Program-made: the position numbers and the translations under genes
The notes under the pieces: generated by a model
What the model saw: the letters and a program-made list of their open reading frames with translations, nothing else
What the model was told of the DNA's origin: nothing
The model's database searches: none
Assembly: GCF_006345805.1 (NCBI RefSeq)
Contig: NC_043000.1
Coordinates: forward strand, 146,010,001 to 146,074,000
Direction of reading: 5' to 3'
DNA: 64,000 nt
Source of the DNA: Octopus sinensis
Lineage: Eukaryota
Shown: positions 38,044 through 50,559 of the stretch, piece after piece
How positions within the stretch are numbered: position 1 is the first letter of the stretch
Layout: every line of letters begins with the position of its first letter

Positions 38044-40399
38044 AATAAATAATGCACACAATCCCTCATCTCTTAAATATAGGACTGTATCAACTGATTA
38101 CATATAATGAAAACCCAAATATATCAGATATCTATATCTTTTAATAATATATTTTATGAACAGAATTACATAGAGCAAAGTACAGATATAGTTTTCTATA
38201 GTGATACAAAACAATCATTATCAAGAAAATATATTCGGAAAAAACGATCAAACACATAAAATCATTATAATAATCAGACACAACAAGCTTAAGATACACA
38301 TATATAATACACATAGGGACACATATGAACATGTTATACATCCCACATGTTACATTCAACTACCTTTTAATTAAAGTATATCGTCGTTTAAATATGTATA
38401 TATTACTCTTATTCATACATGAATGAGCTGATATTCAGTCAAGTTAAAAGTCATTTACTAACATCAATTTAACAACGAACACCTTAATGTCTGCTTAATA
38501 ATCTGTTATTTCCCTCATTATTGTTGGATTCTATATTGATAGTTATAGAATTTATACATCATTTAATTTAATTTTCTTTGAAAACAATATTTTTATTCTC
38601 TACATATTAATATTGCATTAGATTTGTTTGTGCTCTGTGTAAGCATAATTCATAAAAATTCTTTTCAATATCGAATTCAATATCTATCTCATATTTATTT
38701 TAGTCAGCAGTCCTTATTCATCATATTAGATTTATCTTCTTGTACTTGTAATCAATAAAAATGATTTTTGTTCATTTTATGACTTTGATTTTGCTTACCG
38801 TCTATTTTTTTAACACCTTAAATTTTATTGTGAATCACATCTATATTCATATTACGATCTGATATATTGCAGCTCACGAAATTCATTCTTTTTTTATTCT
38901 AACAAAGTCGATCATTGATCACAAAAACACACACACACACACACACATACACACATACACACACAAACACACACAAACACACACAAGCACACACATGCAC
39001 ACACATACACACCTCTATAAATATTTGTTTATGTGCATATATGTGTTCGTGTATGTGCGTGTGAATGTATGTGTTTGGATGTTAGAATTAATTCAGTTGT
39101 GTGTATCCCACCTTTTAAAATATCAGGGTTTTCTGCAAATAACAATGAAATATTAGCTTCCATTATTTTATAGTATTTAGTAACACGGATTCCCTTTGAT
39201 AAGATACATGTAGACCACTGTTACTACTGTAGATTTTTGCAGTAAAATAAACGAATATCCTTTCATATATATAAATAAACTATAGATAAATTGAGGTAGG
39301 TACAACACTGAATTTATCTCTGACGATAGAGATAGACAGTTTAAGATGACAACGTAATTCATTTGAGTTTCTGAAATAATTTAGGGAATCTATACTGGCG
39401 TACACTTATAAGCATTCAGTTATAAGTATAGGTCGATTTGTCATCCCAGCATTTCTGCTAACTGAAGAAACCGAAATAATACCTTCTGCAACAACATTAT
39501 TGGTGTAGATAACTAGAAGCCTTTGATGAAACAAACCTTATTCTATAATCACAAGCTGATATCCTTGCAAATCAGAACGATGGGTAATCTCAAGTTAACT
39601 TATGGTTAATATGTACGTTTGTGTGTGTGTGTGTGTGAGTGTGTGTGTGTGAGTGAGTGGGTGAGTGAGTGTGTGTGTGTGAGTGAGTGTGTGTGTGTGA
39701 GTGAGTGTGCGAGCGCGTGCATGTGTGAGTGCGTGTGTCTGTGTGTATGAGTATATGCTGGTTTGTATGCGTATTTATGTAACCTTGCCGTTCGCTTTTT
39801 AACAACTAGTATTAGATAGTATACCTCCCCATAAGGAAGTTGAATGTCAATAGTGTCTGTCAGTACAGCCATCCACCTGGCGGTTGATAGAAACCGTTCG
39901 CTTTTGCTCGTCTCTTCACATTTCACACAAAATCAAACTTCAAAAAGCTAACGAGTTTCAAGAAACCCAATTTGTTCATTCATATCTGCAATTCGGTAGT
40001 TCACCCAACGAACATAGTTTTGAACACATTCGTCGTTTCAAGCTGTATAGTGTTTTACCAAACAATGCAACATCTTCCAGACCACCATAAAAAAGCATAG
40101 GTTGACTCCAAGCATCGTAGAGCCTTGAAGTTTTCATATCTCATTCTGCAATCAATTTCTTTGGTTAACAATATCTCCACCAGTTTTGCTAAATTCCATT
40201 TCCCCTCAATTCTTAAATATCATGTATCAGTGAGCAATGATTCGTTAAGATAATACCTCCACACACACTGCACGTTTGGAATCCAACGTGGCCCTGCCCA
40301 CAACAAATTTCCTCTAATTATATGTATTTCTACTGGACAATTCCCCTTGACACTGACAAGATGAGCGCAAAAGTAAATTCGGTATCTTTAAACCTTCAA

Positions 40400-41488
40400 T
40401 TTTTGTTGAGGAAGACTTAAACAAAGATTTCTCTACATAGTCACCATCAATGGTGACACTCTTCCCCCATCGCTTTATGCAGCTGGGAGACCTCGTTTCT
40501 AGAAGTCGGCATATCGCGCCTTAAGCCAAGGTTTTATCTTGGAAATAAGTTCGTCATCATCTTCAAAGTCCTCCCTTTCATAAAAGCCTTCATGGTTGGA
40601 AATAGGTGGAAGTCTGATGGTGTGAGGTCGGGAGCATAAAGATGATGAGGAATGATTTTAAAGGCGAAGGAGTGTACATTCGTCTCGGCAGCATGTGCAT
40701 AGTGAAATGGATCTTTGTCTTGGTGGACGTGGAATCTTTTGGTCAGCATGTCATGTCTCTCTGCTTTGATGGCGTCCCGCAATTTCTGCAGCAGAGAAGT
40801 ATAATATTTACCAGAAAATCTATCATCACTACTCCGTACCCGCCCCCAATGAGTATGAACATCACCTTACTGTGTTTTAAGTTTGTCGGAAAAGTCCTCA
40901 TCTTTTTTTATAACACAGTCCAAAAGATTTTAGGAGCAATTGATTCGTTCCTCGTTGATTCGTATGTACATCCGAGGAATCCACCGTGCAGAAACTTCCA
41001 CATGTGCAAATGGTCGAGAATGATTTTTTCCCACGGACAATATTCTTATCCTCAGTTCTTAGGCTAGTTGCCGAACACTTATGCGATGATCCTCCAGCAT
41101 GGCAGCCTCCACCTTAAGGATGGTGTCGTCATTTATGTCAGAATGTGGTCGTCCAGGAACAGGAGCAGTCTCCATCGATGTCCATCCACTTTTGCTTCAC
41201 TAAGTTGTATGATGGTGAATTGTGACCATAAACGTCTTTCATCTTATCGAAAGTCTATTTTGGTGTACGACCTTTCAAATAATAGAACCTGATCTCTGAT
41301 CTGCATTCAACTGCCTCCATTATAACATATTAGTCCACTTCAGTAGCCGTAAAAGACAGACGAATACTAGCAGAAAGCTGTAATTTACAATGTGACATGT
41401 AGAGACATGAATAATTATACCTGTACAATTTCCTTTCTTACAATAACCGGAAATACGTCACAGGAATTGGTTGATGAATATTCCTCGT
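40400..41488 (-). mobile_element. Mariner (DD34D-type) remnant; left boundary approximate
   Basis: ORF 40534..40782 reads HQDKDP...IPHHLYAPDLTPSDFHLFPTMK. Terminus cacgaggaatattcatcaacc on the minus strand. Confidence 0.85.
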
Positions 41489-41699
41489 GTGTGTATGTAT
41501 TTAGATATATATATTATATGTATATGATTTTTTGGTTTTTGGTGTGTGTGTGTGTGTGGGTGTGTGTGTGTGTGAGTGTGTGTGTGAGTGTGTGTGTATA
41601 TATATATTTGTGTCAGATCACTTGTGAGATCTGAGATCTATCATGAGTGCTACTGGTAACACGAACATGGATTCCAATACTACCTGGTGCATGCTTGGG

Positions 41700-42150
41700 T
41701 GGCAACTGGCGAAGCCGGCACCCCTATTAGGATTGTCTGGTGATGAGGGTTGCCAGAAACCCGGAAGTACTAATACAATACCTGTCAAAAGGACAGATAA
41801 GTCTATTGTATGTTCAACGACTAACTAGTAATAGGACGGACCCTCTGAAATCACAGGCCGGTATCCGGCGTGCTTGAATACCACTGGAAGTGAGGAATTC
41901 CTTATTATCTCTTATGACATGTCTTTAAAAGAATGCTGCTCTGATATATAACTAGGTACGCATGGAATGGCATTGAATATTTTAGGGATCTTTTACTTGC
42001 ACTTGAGATGGTGATGCTCCCACATTTCTGAGCTTGCGACCCATATTGGCATTGGATAACTTGACGTGGCTTCTCTCCGGATCATGGCAGGAGAGTTTAA
42101 ATGGCTTGCAAGGTCCTCTGCAGTCCTTATTGAACCTAACATGTTAGGTT
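41700..42150 (-). mobile_element. Possible highly decayed CR1/L2-type LINE 3' region
   Basis: Frameshifted minus-strand pieces MGRKLR, VKDP/KIFNAIP and SFKRH weakly resemble the GRK...GPKLFN.LP...FK motif of the other LINE ends. Weak. Confidence 0.25.
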
Positions 42151-42359
42151 GTGAAATCACCAGCGAGGTGACGATACGATGTTCGGTCGAATAAGAGGGC
42201 GGGCATGTAAACTGCGAAAGCTAACTCGGGTGAGGCCGACTGCTGGTACAGTAACCTCAAGCACAGGGATTGCTGGTGTTTTACATGAGTAACATCAGTA
42301 CTGGTCTTTCTCGGTCTTGAGTGGACATACGTCATCATATGATTATACATACATACACG

Positions 42360-42424
<65 letters not shown>

Positions 42425-43049
42425 GTATGCGTGGATGTCTCTGTATGTGCGTATGTGAGTGCGTGTGTGCATATGCGCACGCGTGATGATATGTGTAGTA
42501 TTTATTATTTTTTTCTTAATGAACACTGTACCTTTGATTTTTTAGAGATTATGACTTTCAAAAGAATGAGCGACTCTTAAGCGATCAAATCTTGTAGAAG
42601 AGTAATGAATAACAGACAAATTTAATACATAGCTCATATATATTTCCTTTCCTATAAATCTGTTTAATTTTAAATAGGTTTTGACATGTCTGATTTATAT
42701 ATTTGATTATTCCTTGGATAGATCTTCAAGCGTCTAGGAAAAATAATCTTGAAGCTTCTAGGAAAAATTAACTACATTGTTGTCAATATAAAATATTCAA
42801 TATCATTAAACTTTCCTTAAATCTGAAACGTTTGAAAACTGAATCAAAACTCGTGTGTCCTGTAAGGTGATTCCTTCCCCACAGTAATCGGTGAAACATT
42901 CCGTTTTTATTAGTGCTATGTTAAACACTCTTAGGAATGTCTTCTTATTTTCGTTGCAAAGGCCACTAATAGAAATACTTTTCTCTGAGATTCTCTTCAA
43001 CGCTATTATTTTAGACTCCCGAAAATGTGCTTCTCTAGTTCCTCCTTTA

Positions 43050-43260
43050 AGAACTTAGCAATAAACTAGACTTGCATCTACTTCTTATTAGTATACTGTG
43101 CAATCTCCTAAGTGTCGTAAAGCACTTTACAGTACCAGTTTCTTCCCTCGCACCTCTGAACTCTGGAATTCCCTTCCACAGTCTTGTTTTCCTCTTCAAT
43201 ATGACCTCCAGTCTTGCATCGTCACCTATTGACTTCTGTCTAGTGTCCATTTTATTATAG
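43050..43260 (+). mobile_element. L2/CR1-group LINE 3' end (different family)
   Basis: Reads QYQFLPS/FFPRTSELWNSLPQSCFPLQYDLQS, the FFPRT..LWNSLP...FP..Y.L motif. Confidence 0.7.
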
Positions 43261-44316
43261 AAGTTCGTGCGTTTTCAGTGGTCTAAGGACCTTGTAACGA
43301 GCGAATGCTTTGAAAATAAAATAAGACCAACAATAAATTTACTGTCTCCTAGTTGTTCTTTATGTTGTGAAATGTCATAGTTGGCGCGACGATGCTTACA
43401 TATTCAAGCAAAATAGATTTAAAGACTACAAAGCTAGTAACGCGCTCAAACACTTTAATATAATATATTTTTTTAAATGCTTACCCTCATGCGGAGAACG
43501 TGTAGAAAATTTCCTAGACCCTATATTAAATAGAATCACGGGAAAGCATTATCCTCGTAGAAAATCAAGCGAAGTCCTAGGAACTTGTTCAACTAACCAC
43601 CTGTAATAATAAGCAGCCTATTTTGATACATAAACCGGGAATCTTTGTAATGTCTTCTGACAACATTTTATTTAACCAACTAGCACCAAACTCTAGTAAG
43701 TGCTACTTCATAGGTGATGTAGAATTCTCATACAAAACCAAATGAGATACTCATAAATCAGACAGGTCTAGAGAAAGAAACGTCAGCTGCAACTCGATAT
43801 GTTCAATGATTATATTATAATCACATTGGAGGAGGTTTCCCTTCATTCAGGAAGTCAGTGTAATTTCGGGGTGAACGGGAAAGTTACATGTGAGTGAAGA
43901 TTGATTGCGGGGATTATAGAGAAATTAAAGCCGATATCACCTGTGTATGTGTAGTTAGTAGGAAAATTAAAGGATGTTTGAATAATATTATCCTATCTAA
44001 GTTTCAATAAGATAATGGATGATTACGTTTAGAATGCCTTCGATCGCTCGTACTCCTAGTGAATGAGAGTAAAAGGGGACGTAGTGTAATACCTCATTAC
44101 ACCTTCCACTATTCTGCAGAGACTTTTCTGTCGAGAATAGCATAGAAATCTCTAATTTTCATTCCTCGATCGTATGGTAAACTAAAGTCCTTCGTGAGCA
44201 CTGTAGGAGGATAACAATCCCCATTATATATCAAAGGGGCGATCTAGTTAATGTTAACTGATTTTCACGGTATTCTCCTTCCCCACACACACGTTTATGT
44301 GTGTGTGTCAGTGCCA

Positions 44317-44319
<3 letters not shown>

Positions 44320-44410
<91 letters not shown>
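44320..44410. repeat. Pure (TA)~45 microsatellite
   Basis: Directly visible. Confidence 0.99.
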
Positions 44411-44415
<5 letters not shown>

Positions 44416-44788
44416 TATCGGAATAACATCACGTAAAAGGAACCATGACGAGTGTCCCTAAAAGATTACATCAACATCAAACCTCTTTCAAATTACTTGA
44501 AAAGATGAAATATTCTGGACTAGAATTCATTTCATCACCAGTCTCCTATATCAAAATGAAGCAACAACTGTCGTATACACAATATCGGCACCAATTGCAG
44601 GCTAAAATTAGAGTTTCTTATAAGAGCATGAAAGCACTTCAATGGAGGAAAGTTGAAGAATATCTACAAAAAGTGAATGCTTATTTTGGCGTAGTACTAC
44701 TTCCAAAGTTGCTAACATTTCAGATTCATAAAACGATTCAACATCACGACTATGATTTTATTTTGATATTGTGAATCAATATACAATC

Positions 44789-45266
44789 TACGGAAATAGG
44801 GTGTATGTAAAATAGTGGTGTAAGAAGTTCCTTTACACTAATTTGTAGATACAGAAAAATAATATGTCCTTAATAATTCATGAGGTGGACAGAGAACAGT
44901 AAGAATCTAAACAATAATGTATATGTGGAAGGTGTTTGTAAGCCATTTAAGAAACACACAAAAGCTGTTCGATTCACTTCAACATTTAAGTTTAATTTGT
45001 CAAAATATTTTCGTCGCTTTAAGACCGCGACCTGTTCACTGATTTTGACAAAAATCCGTGTTGCATCACGGGATTTTTGTCAGTGAACAGGTCGCGGTCT
45101 TATAGAGACGAAAATATTTTGACAAATTAAACTTAAATGTTGAAGTGAATCGAACGGCTTTTGTGTGTTTCTTAAATGGCTTACAAACACCTTCCACGCT
45201 GCAATTGTTTTCGTTTCAGCACACGATCTCAGATCAAATCACTTGCTATGCAAGTACATCTCCGTA
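44789..45266. mobile_element. Foldback/MITE-like element with a 273-bp near-perfect palindrome (44925-45197)
   Basis: Arms of about 130 bp differ by 3 substitutions and 2 indels around a 6-nt centre (ttgcat, 45061-45066). Outer tacgga (44789) and tccgta (45261) are complementary. Confidence 0.8.
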
Positions 45267-47740
45267 ATAATACTGTATATATTTATTATTTGTTCTTGAT
45301 ACCATATGGCTGATTGGAACGTAACTGTATTATCGCTGTTGTTTTCCGGTGTAGGACAACACGTCCAGCTCTAAAAATGTGTATTCACAACATCCATGGT
45401 TTACCATTGTTAGAGATATGTGAGACACAACAGGGTTTCAATATTGTTTGTGTGCCTCTTCGATAAATGCAACCTCCCAGGCAAAAGGATCTCACGATAA
45501 CAGGAGCTGGTTCATAGGAATCAGCAAACAAATCATTTGCTAACTGTGTTGACATGTGGGAAATAGATTAGTCTTCAGTGGGTTCGTGTACAACAGTGAG
45601 AATCCAAGCAATTGAAACTACATAGTATATTACTGTGAATATTTCGTTAATAATTGGCCATAGTAACGACAAGATACTATGGAAGATGTCCATGATGATA
45701 GTAACGAAGATGATCGGGATGATCGCATTGTACATCGGCACTAAGCTACGATATTCTTAGAGGTTGTTACACTAGACTGCATATATTCAGTCAAAGAATG
45801 CGCAAATAAATGTGAATAAGACCGTGAATAGGATATGGATAAAGGAAAGTAGTAACAGAGTGAAAGAAAGAGATTAAGGTAGAAAAAAGGAGAGTATGCG
45901 TTTGCTGCAAGTATGAAGGAAAAGATTAATGTCACAATTCGAGTGTGGCAGTCATGGTTTGAATGGAAATATTAGCAAACAAATGGAATGCTACAATAAT
46001 ACAAAGTTATAAATTAGTAAACTGCCCAATTGATAGAAGTTAAACACTATTTGCGGGAGCAGTTTCAATGTTTATTTCCTTATGGAAACAGAAGCCTGCT
46101 GTGCATTTAACACATTCACACTATATAATATAACATTACACTCGATAATATTCTTACTCGAATTAATTGTACCAGAACGTATTCCCTCTTAATCTCCTTT
46201 ACACCTTAATTATCAGAGATTATTGAATGCTGTTCTTCAATAGGTCACATTTGTTTGCTAATATCTCCATTCAAATCACGACTGCCACACTCGAATTGTG
46301 CCATTATTCTTTTCCTTCATACTTGCAGCAAAAGCATGCTCTCCTTTTTCTTCCTTAATCTCTTTATTTCACTGATTTCAATGAAACCATTTCACATGTT
46401 CAAAACTTATGCTGCAACTTACATTGTCTGTAAGGTGCGCGCAGTTTATTGCTCCTCTCAGGATCGTGATCATCATAGATATTATCACAATAGCCAAATA
46501 CATTTACATCATCATCATCCACTTGATCGTAACCATTATTATATCTGTCGTCATTATCATCATCAATGCCATCATCGTCACCGTCATCATGTTGTAGTCC
46601 TCATCCCCGTCAGTTTAAGATAACTATCAAATGAATGATGAAGTCACTACCTGGTCGTTCGACATGCTACAATTAACAAGCAAGTCTTTTCTCAAATCAT
46701 AACTTACTATTTTAAAAGGAAGGTTACATTAAGATTAAACTGCAATTGGTCATATATCTGCTCATGCGAAACAGGCCTGATTTTGCATAACAATCCCACT
46801 TCATAAACATCATGGTTATTTTCATCATCATTGTCGTCGTCGCCATGGTCGTAGTCATCATCATCATCATCATCGTCAACGCCATTATCTTCATCGTTAT
46901 AATAAAACATCCATATCATTATTATCACTATTACACCAAGTTTAATTTAATGTCTTTTTTATGATCGTGCAATTAATCTATCGGGCATTACAAAGATGTG
47001 TGAAAAACTACAAGTTAAAAGTCATGCATTAATATGATGCCCTAAGTGGCGTTAGAATTTTATCTATGGAAATGAGCATTTATTTATTCTAGGATACACA
47101 CTTACAAATATATCTGCGTGGGTGTGTGTATGTATATGCGTATACACACATACACAAACGCACATACACGCACACACACACACACATACACATTCATACA
47201 TATATATGATGATCATTGGTAAAGGTAGGTTGTGTCTGCGAGAGCGATAAGTAATAAACGGATACAAGAAGCACACAAGGTAGAGTAGATCGACGGTTCA
47301 AATTGATCTGCTAGTAATAAAAGTTACTAAGATCGAAGTCAATTTCAGTATCAATTATAATGAACAATACCCAGTTGAACCTAGAAGACGTTCACGTAGA
47401 AAAATTGCGTGGTTCAATACACTGCATAGCATGAACAGGACAACAATTTGTTTTTAAGATGCTTTTTACACACTAATCGACACACATTCAGTCTCTCCAT
47501 ACATAGCATGACATGTGTATTAGACACAAAGTTAAATTTAGCTATAGTTGCTTCCTAAATATAACTTCACAAATCTTTAATCACGATAAATATAGTAAAA
47601 TCCAAACTCATTTCCATCCAGCGAAGCTAACCCAAATTTTACGAACCGAAAACACTTTCCTCCCTCCGACCAATCATCCATCACAATGCACGCATATAAT
47701 ACATTTATTTATATGCATACACACATACACACACATACAA

Positions 47741-47786
<46 letters not shown>

Positions 47787-47788
<2 letters not shown>

Positions 47789-47995
47789 TCACCATGATCG
47801 ACCGCTAGCCACTAAAGCTCTTTTTTTATTCTCCCTCTCAGTTTATTTTCTCGTATTCCTTTCAGTTGAAGAGCGTAGGCTCGAAACGTAAAAAAATTTC
47901 TCACCTTCCCGAACGTTAAACTAATACGCCTATTTGTTGTTTATACACCTATCTACGTGTTTTTTTTTGGGGGGGGGATTGTAAATTCCAACTAT
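47787..47995 (+). mobile_element. (TA)n-flanked short element with minimal hammerhead-like fold at 47859-47894
   Basis: cttt-CAGTTGA-a-gagc-gtag-gctc-GAA-ACGT-a-aaaa. Downstream ttcccgaacgttaaactaatac resembles ttcctgagcgtc..taatac of the 49862 and 61295 elements. Confidence 0.65.
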
Positions 47996-49409
47996 ATAAA
48001 TATATACAAACATATATAGATAAAAACATTTATGCGCACATGTACATTTACATACACGAACACACGCACACAAGCGCAAACATACATATTGAATTTCCAA
48101 AATGAAGTTTGTTCTCCCAAACTCCACGAAGAGTATTGTCCTACCCGATGCAAAGGATAGTAAATACTTGTGGTATTCGTGGTGTTTGGGTTTATATCCC
48201 AGTTGTGAAAAAATATTTGTTACCCATACATGGATCCTACACATATATCAACGAGCAAGAGTGGAATTTATGACACCCAGGATAAATTTGACTTCGAATG
48301 ATGTATGATATATTTCAATTCTAATGAAATTTACGATGTCTATTGTGAAATGTGGGATGTCGCATTTGAAAGATGATGACTATGGTGTTGATGATGATGG
48401 TGGTAATATTGACAACGACGACGACGACGATTATCATGGTACTCGTAATTTTGCTGATATTATAATGGTCATTATGATAGTGCTGCTTGCGGGTGTCCAG
48501 TTATGATATAGGGATGGTGTTAACGTGGGTGGTGGTGATGGTAAGTGTTAGTTGTGTTTAGGATGATGATGGTAAGGAGGACTAAGATGATAGCCACGAT
48601 AATCAACGCTGATCATGATGATAATGAAGTAAAGGAAAACAGATATATATATGTTATGAATAATTCTTTGCTTTGGAAAGCTTGAAACGAAACTTCACTA
48701 TGTGTAGCGAAAGAAATATATTTATTTTGCATCTGTATACAGAAGTGAATTGCGTGTTACCGCATTTTAAAGCGAATATATTTCTTTATTATCTATACAG
48801 AGTTCTAATCAATATATTATATAACAGATCTCGAATGTCCGATTGTGCTTGCATTTATATCATCTGACGAATATTTATTGACAATGTAAATATTCCCACA
48901 TTATTATCAACTCAGACATATTCTGTGACTCAAAGGCACGTTGACGTAAAATAAAATGACGTCCCTGCACAGCCAAAGAGATGGTTATAACGATAGGTTA
49001 TTCTTATGACCTGAAGACCACGAAGTGCAACTTTGGTGGAAGAATGGGACTTTAAGCTGAGAGTGGTTTAAACGCTATAAGCAAGTGTAATTTAGCAAAA
49101 AATATTTATATAGTTTAAGATGGAATGTGTATATATTTCATACAACAGTGTTTCAAATAAGAAATTATGTTATATATGCTTATCAACTGACAATATTAAT
49201 TCCCATATACAAGGCAGTGCCACCCATGCTTTTGTAACTCAACGTCCTTTTCACTTCATGGTGTTTTACAAATGCCATTTTCCCATTTGCTCAAAAAAAA
49301 CAATTAAAAATCCACAGTGGATTGCAAAATTAAAATAGAAAAAGGGTCTTTTACATAGTATTTACTTATTCCATCCGCTATGTATCACTTTTTAGAAATT
49401 TGCTTTTGC

Positions 49410-49447
<38 letters not shown>

Positions 49448-49452
<5 letters not shown>

Positions 49453-49741
49453 GTTTTTACCATTATTGTATTTTGTATTTTATATTCGTGTGGCATCGTC
49501 CGTTTTTCTGTCCCTGTTTCGTATACATTCGATCCTTCTTCCAAGAAATCTAATGTTCGTAGCTTAGTTTTTCCTTGGGGCTGGCCGGATCGGAGCGATC
49601 TCAAGATTAATCAGCCGAAATTGCTAGGATGATCCGGTTCTTGACTGAAGATTGAAGGCTTCGAATGTCCCGTCCGTGTTTTTTGTATCGTCTTCTAAAT
49701 GTTTTACGTTCTTGTCCCAGTTTGTATTTTTCTACATTTAA
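49448..49741. mobile_element. Unclassified ~290-bp element flanked on both sides by (TA)n
   Basis: Higher-complexity, more GC-rich insert lying exactly between TA runs 49413-49447 and 49742-49861. Confidence 0.5.
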
Positions 49742-49747
49742 AATATA

Positions 49748-49781
<34 letters not shown>

Positions 49782-49827
49782 ATATATATATAATATATAT
49801 ATATATATTATATATATATATATATAT

Positions 49828-49859
<32 letters not shown>

Positions 49860-49861
49860 AT

Positions 49862-50065
49862 AAAGTTAATCCAAACAAGAAAACACAGAAAAAAAGAGAA
49901 AAAAAGAGAAAAAAAAACACAGCAACGCAGGACGTGGAACAATTAAAGTATTATTGACGCTCAGGAAAGAAGGGGTGGAGGGTTTAACGTTTCGAGCGGA
50001 GCTCTTCGTCGGAAACAAGGAGAAGGAAAGGTCCCAAGGAGAGAAGACAGAGGAGAAAATATTTG
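49862..50065 (-). mobile_element. (TA)n-anchored short element with minimal type-I hammerhead-like motif (49982-50016)
   Basis: Minus strand gttt-CCGACGA-a-gagc-tcc-gctc-GAA-ACGT-t-aaac. Second copy at 61295-61500. Confidence 0.75.
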
Positions 50066-50140
50066 AGCTTGTGGTGCTTAAGAGATCACATTCTGTTGTG
50101 TCTGGGGAGAGTCATTCTCTTTTAGTGCCATTATTATTAT

Positions 50141-50375
50141 ATATTTCTTTACTACCCACAAGGAGCTAAACACAGAGGGGAGACACAAGGACAGACAAAC
50201 GGATTAAGTCTATTACATCGACCCCAGTGCGTAACTGATACTTAATTTATCAACCCCGAAAGGATGAAAGGTAAATTCGACCTCGGCGGAATTTGAACTC
50301 AGAACGTAGCGGCAGACGAAATACCGCTACGCATTTCGCCCGGCGTGCTGACGCTTCTGCCAGCTCGCCGCCTTT
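50141..50375 (-). mobile_element. Family-B SINE with 15-bp target-site duplication
   Basis: Near-consensus reverse copy. tgccattattattat at 50126-50140 and 50379-50393. Confidence 0.92.
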
Positions 50376-50559
50376 TTATGCCATTATTATTATTATTATA
50401 TATATACACATTCTGTTGTGTCTGAGTAGTGTCATTCTCTTTTAGTACTTTATTATTTAACACACTCACCAGTCAAGTTTCCACTCATTTACTTATTTTT
50501 CCTAAAATTTTCGTTGCGTCTTGCAACCTTTTCAATAGTCGTTGACTCTGTCCGTTATC

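Noticed and set aside
39780-40330. Higher-complexity segment that might be coding
   Set aside because: The frames I translated are interrupted by stops and I recognised no motif. Left unannotated.
46460-48630. CAT-rich (46460-46930) and GAT-rich (48365-48630) tracts as an inverted repeat or His/Asp-rich exons
   Set aside because: Degenerate trinucleotide low-complexity sequence with no collinear unique anchors.
49560-49670. Hammerhead in the 290-bp TA-flanked element
   Set aside because: The GAAA-bearing stem has no upstream CUGANGA, and the CTGAAGA has no proper stem III or cleavage site.
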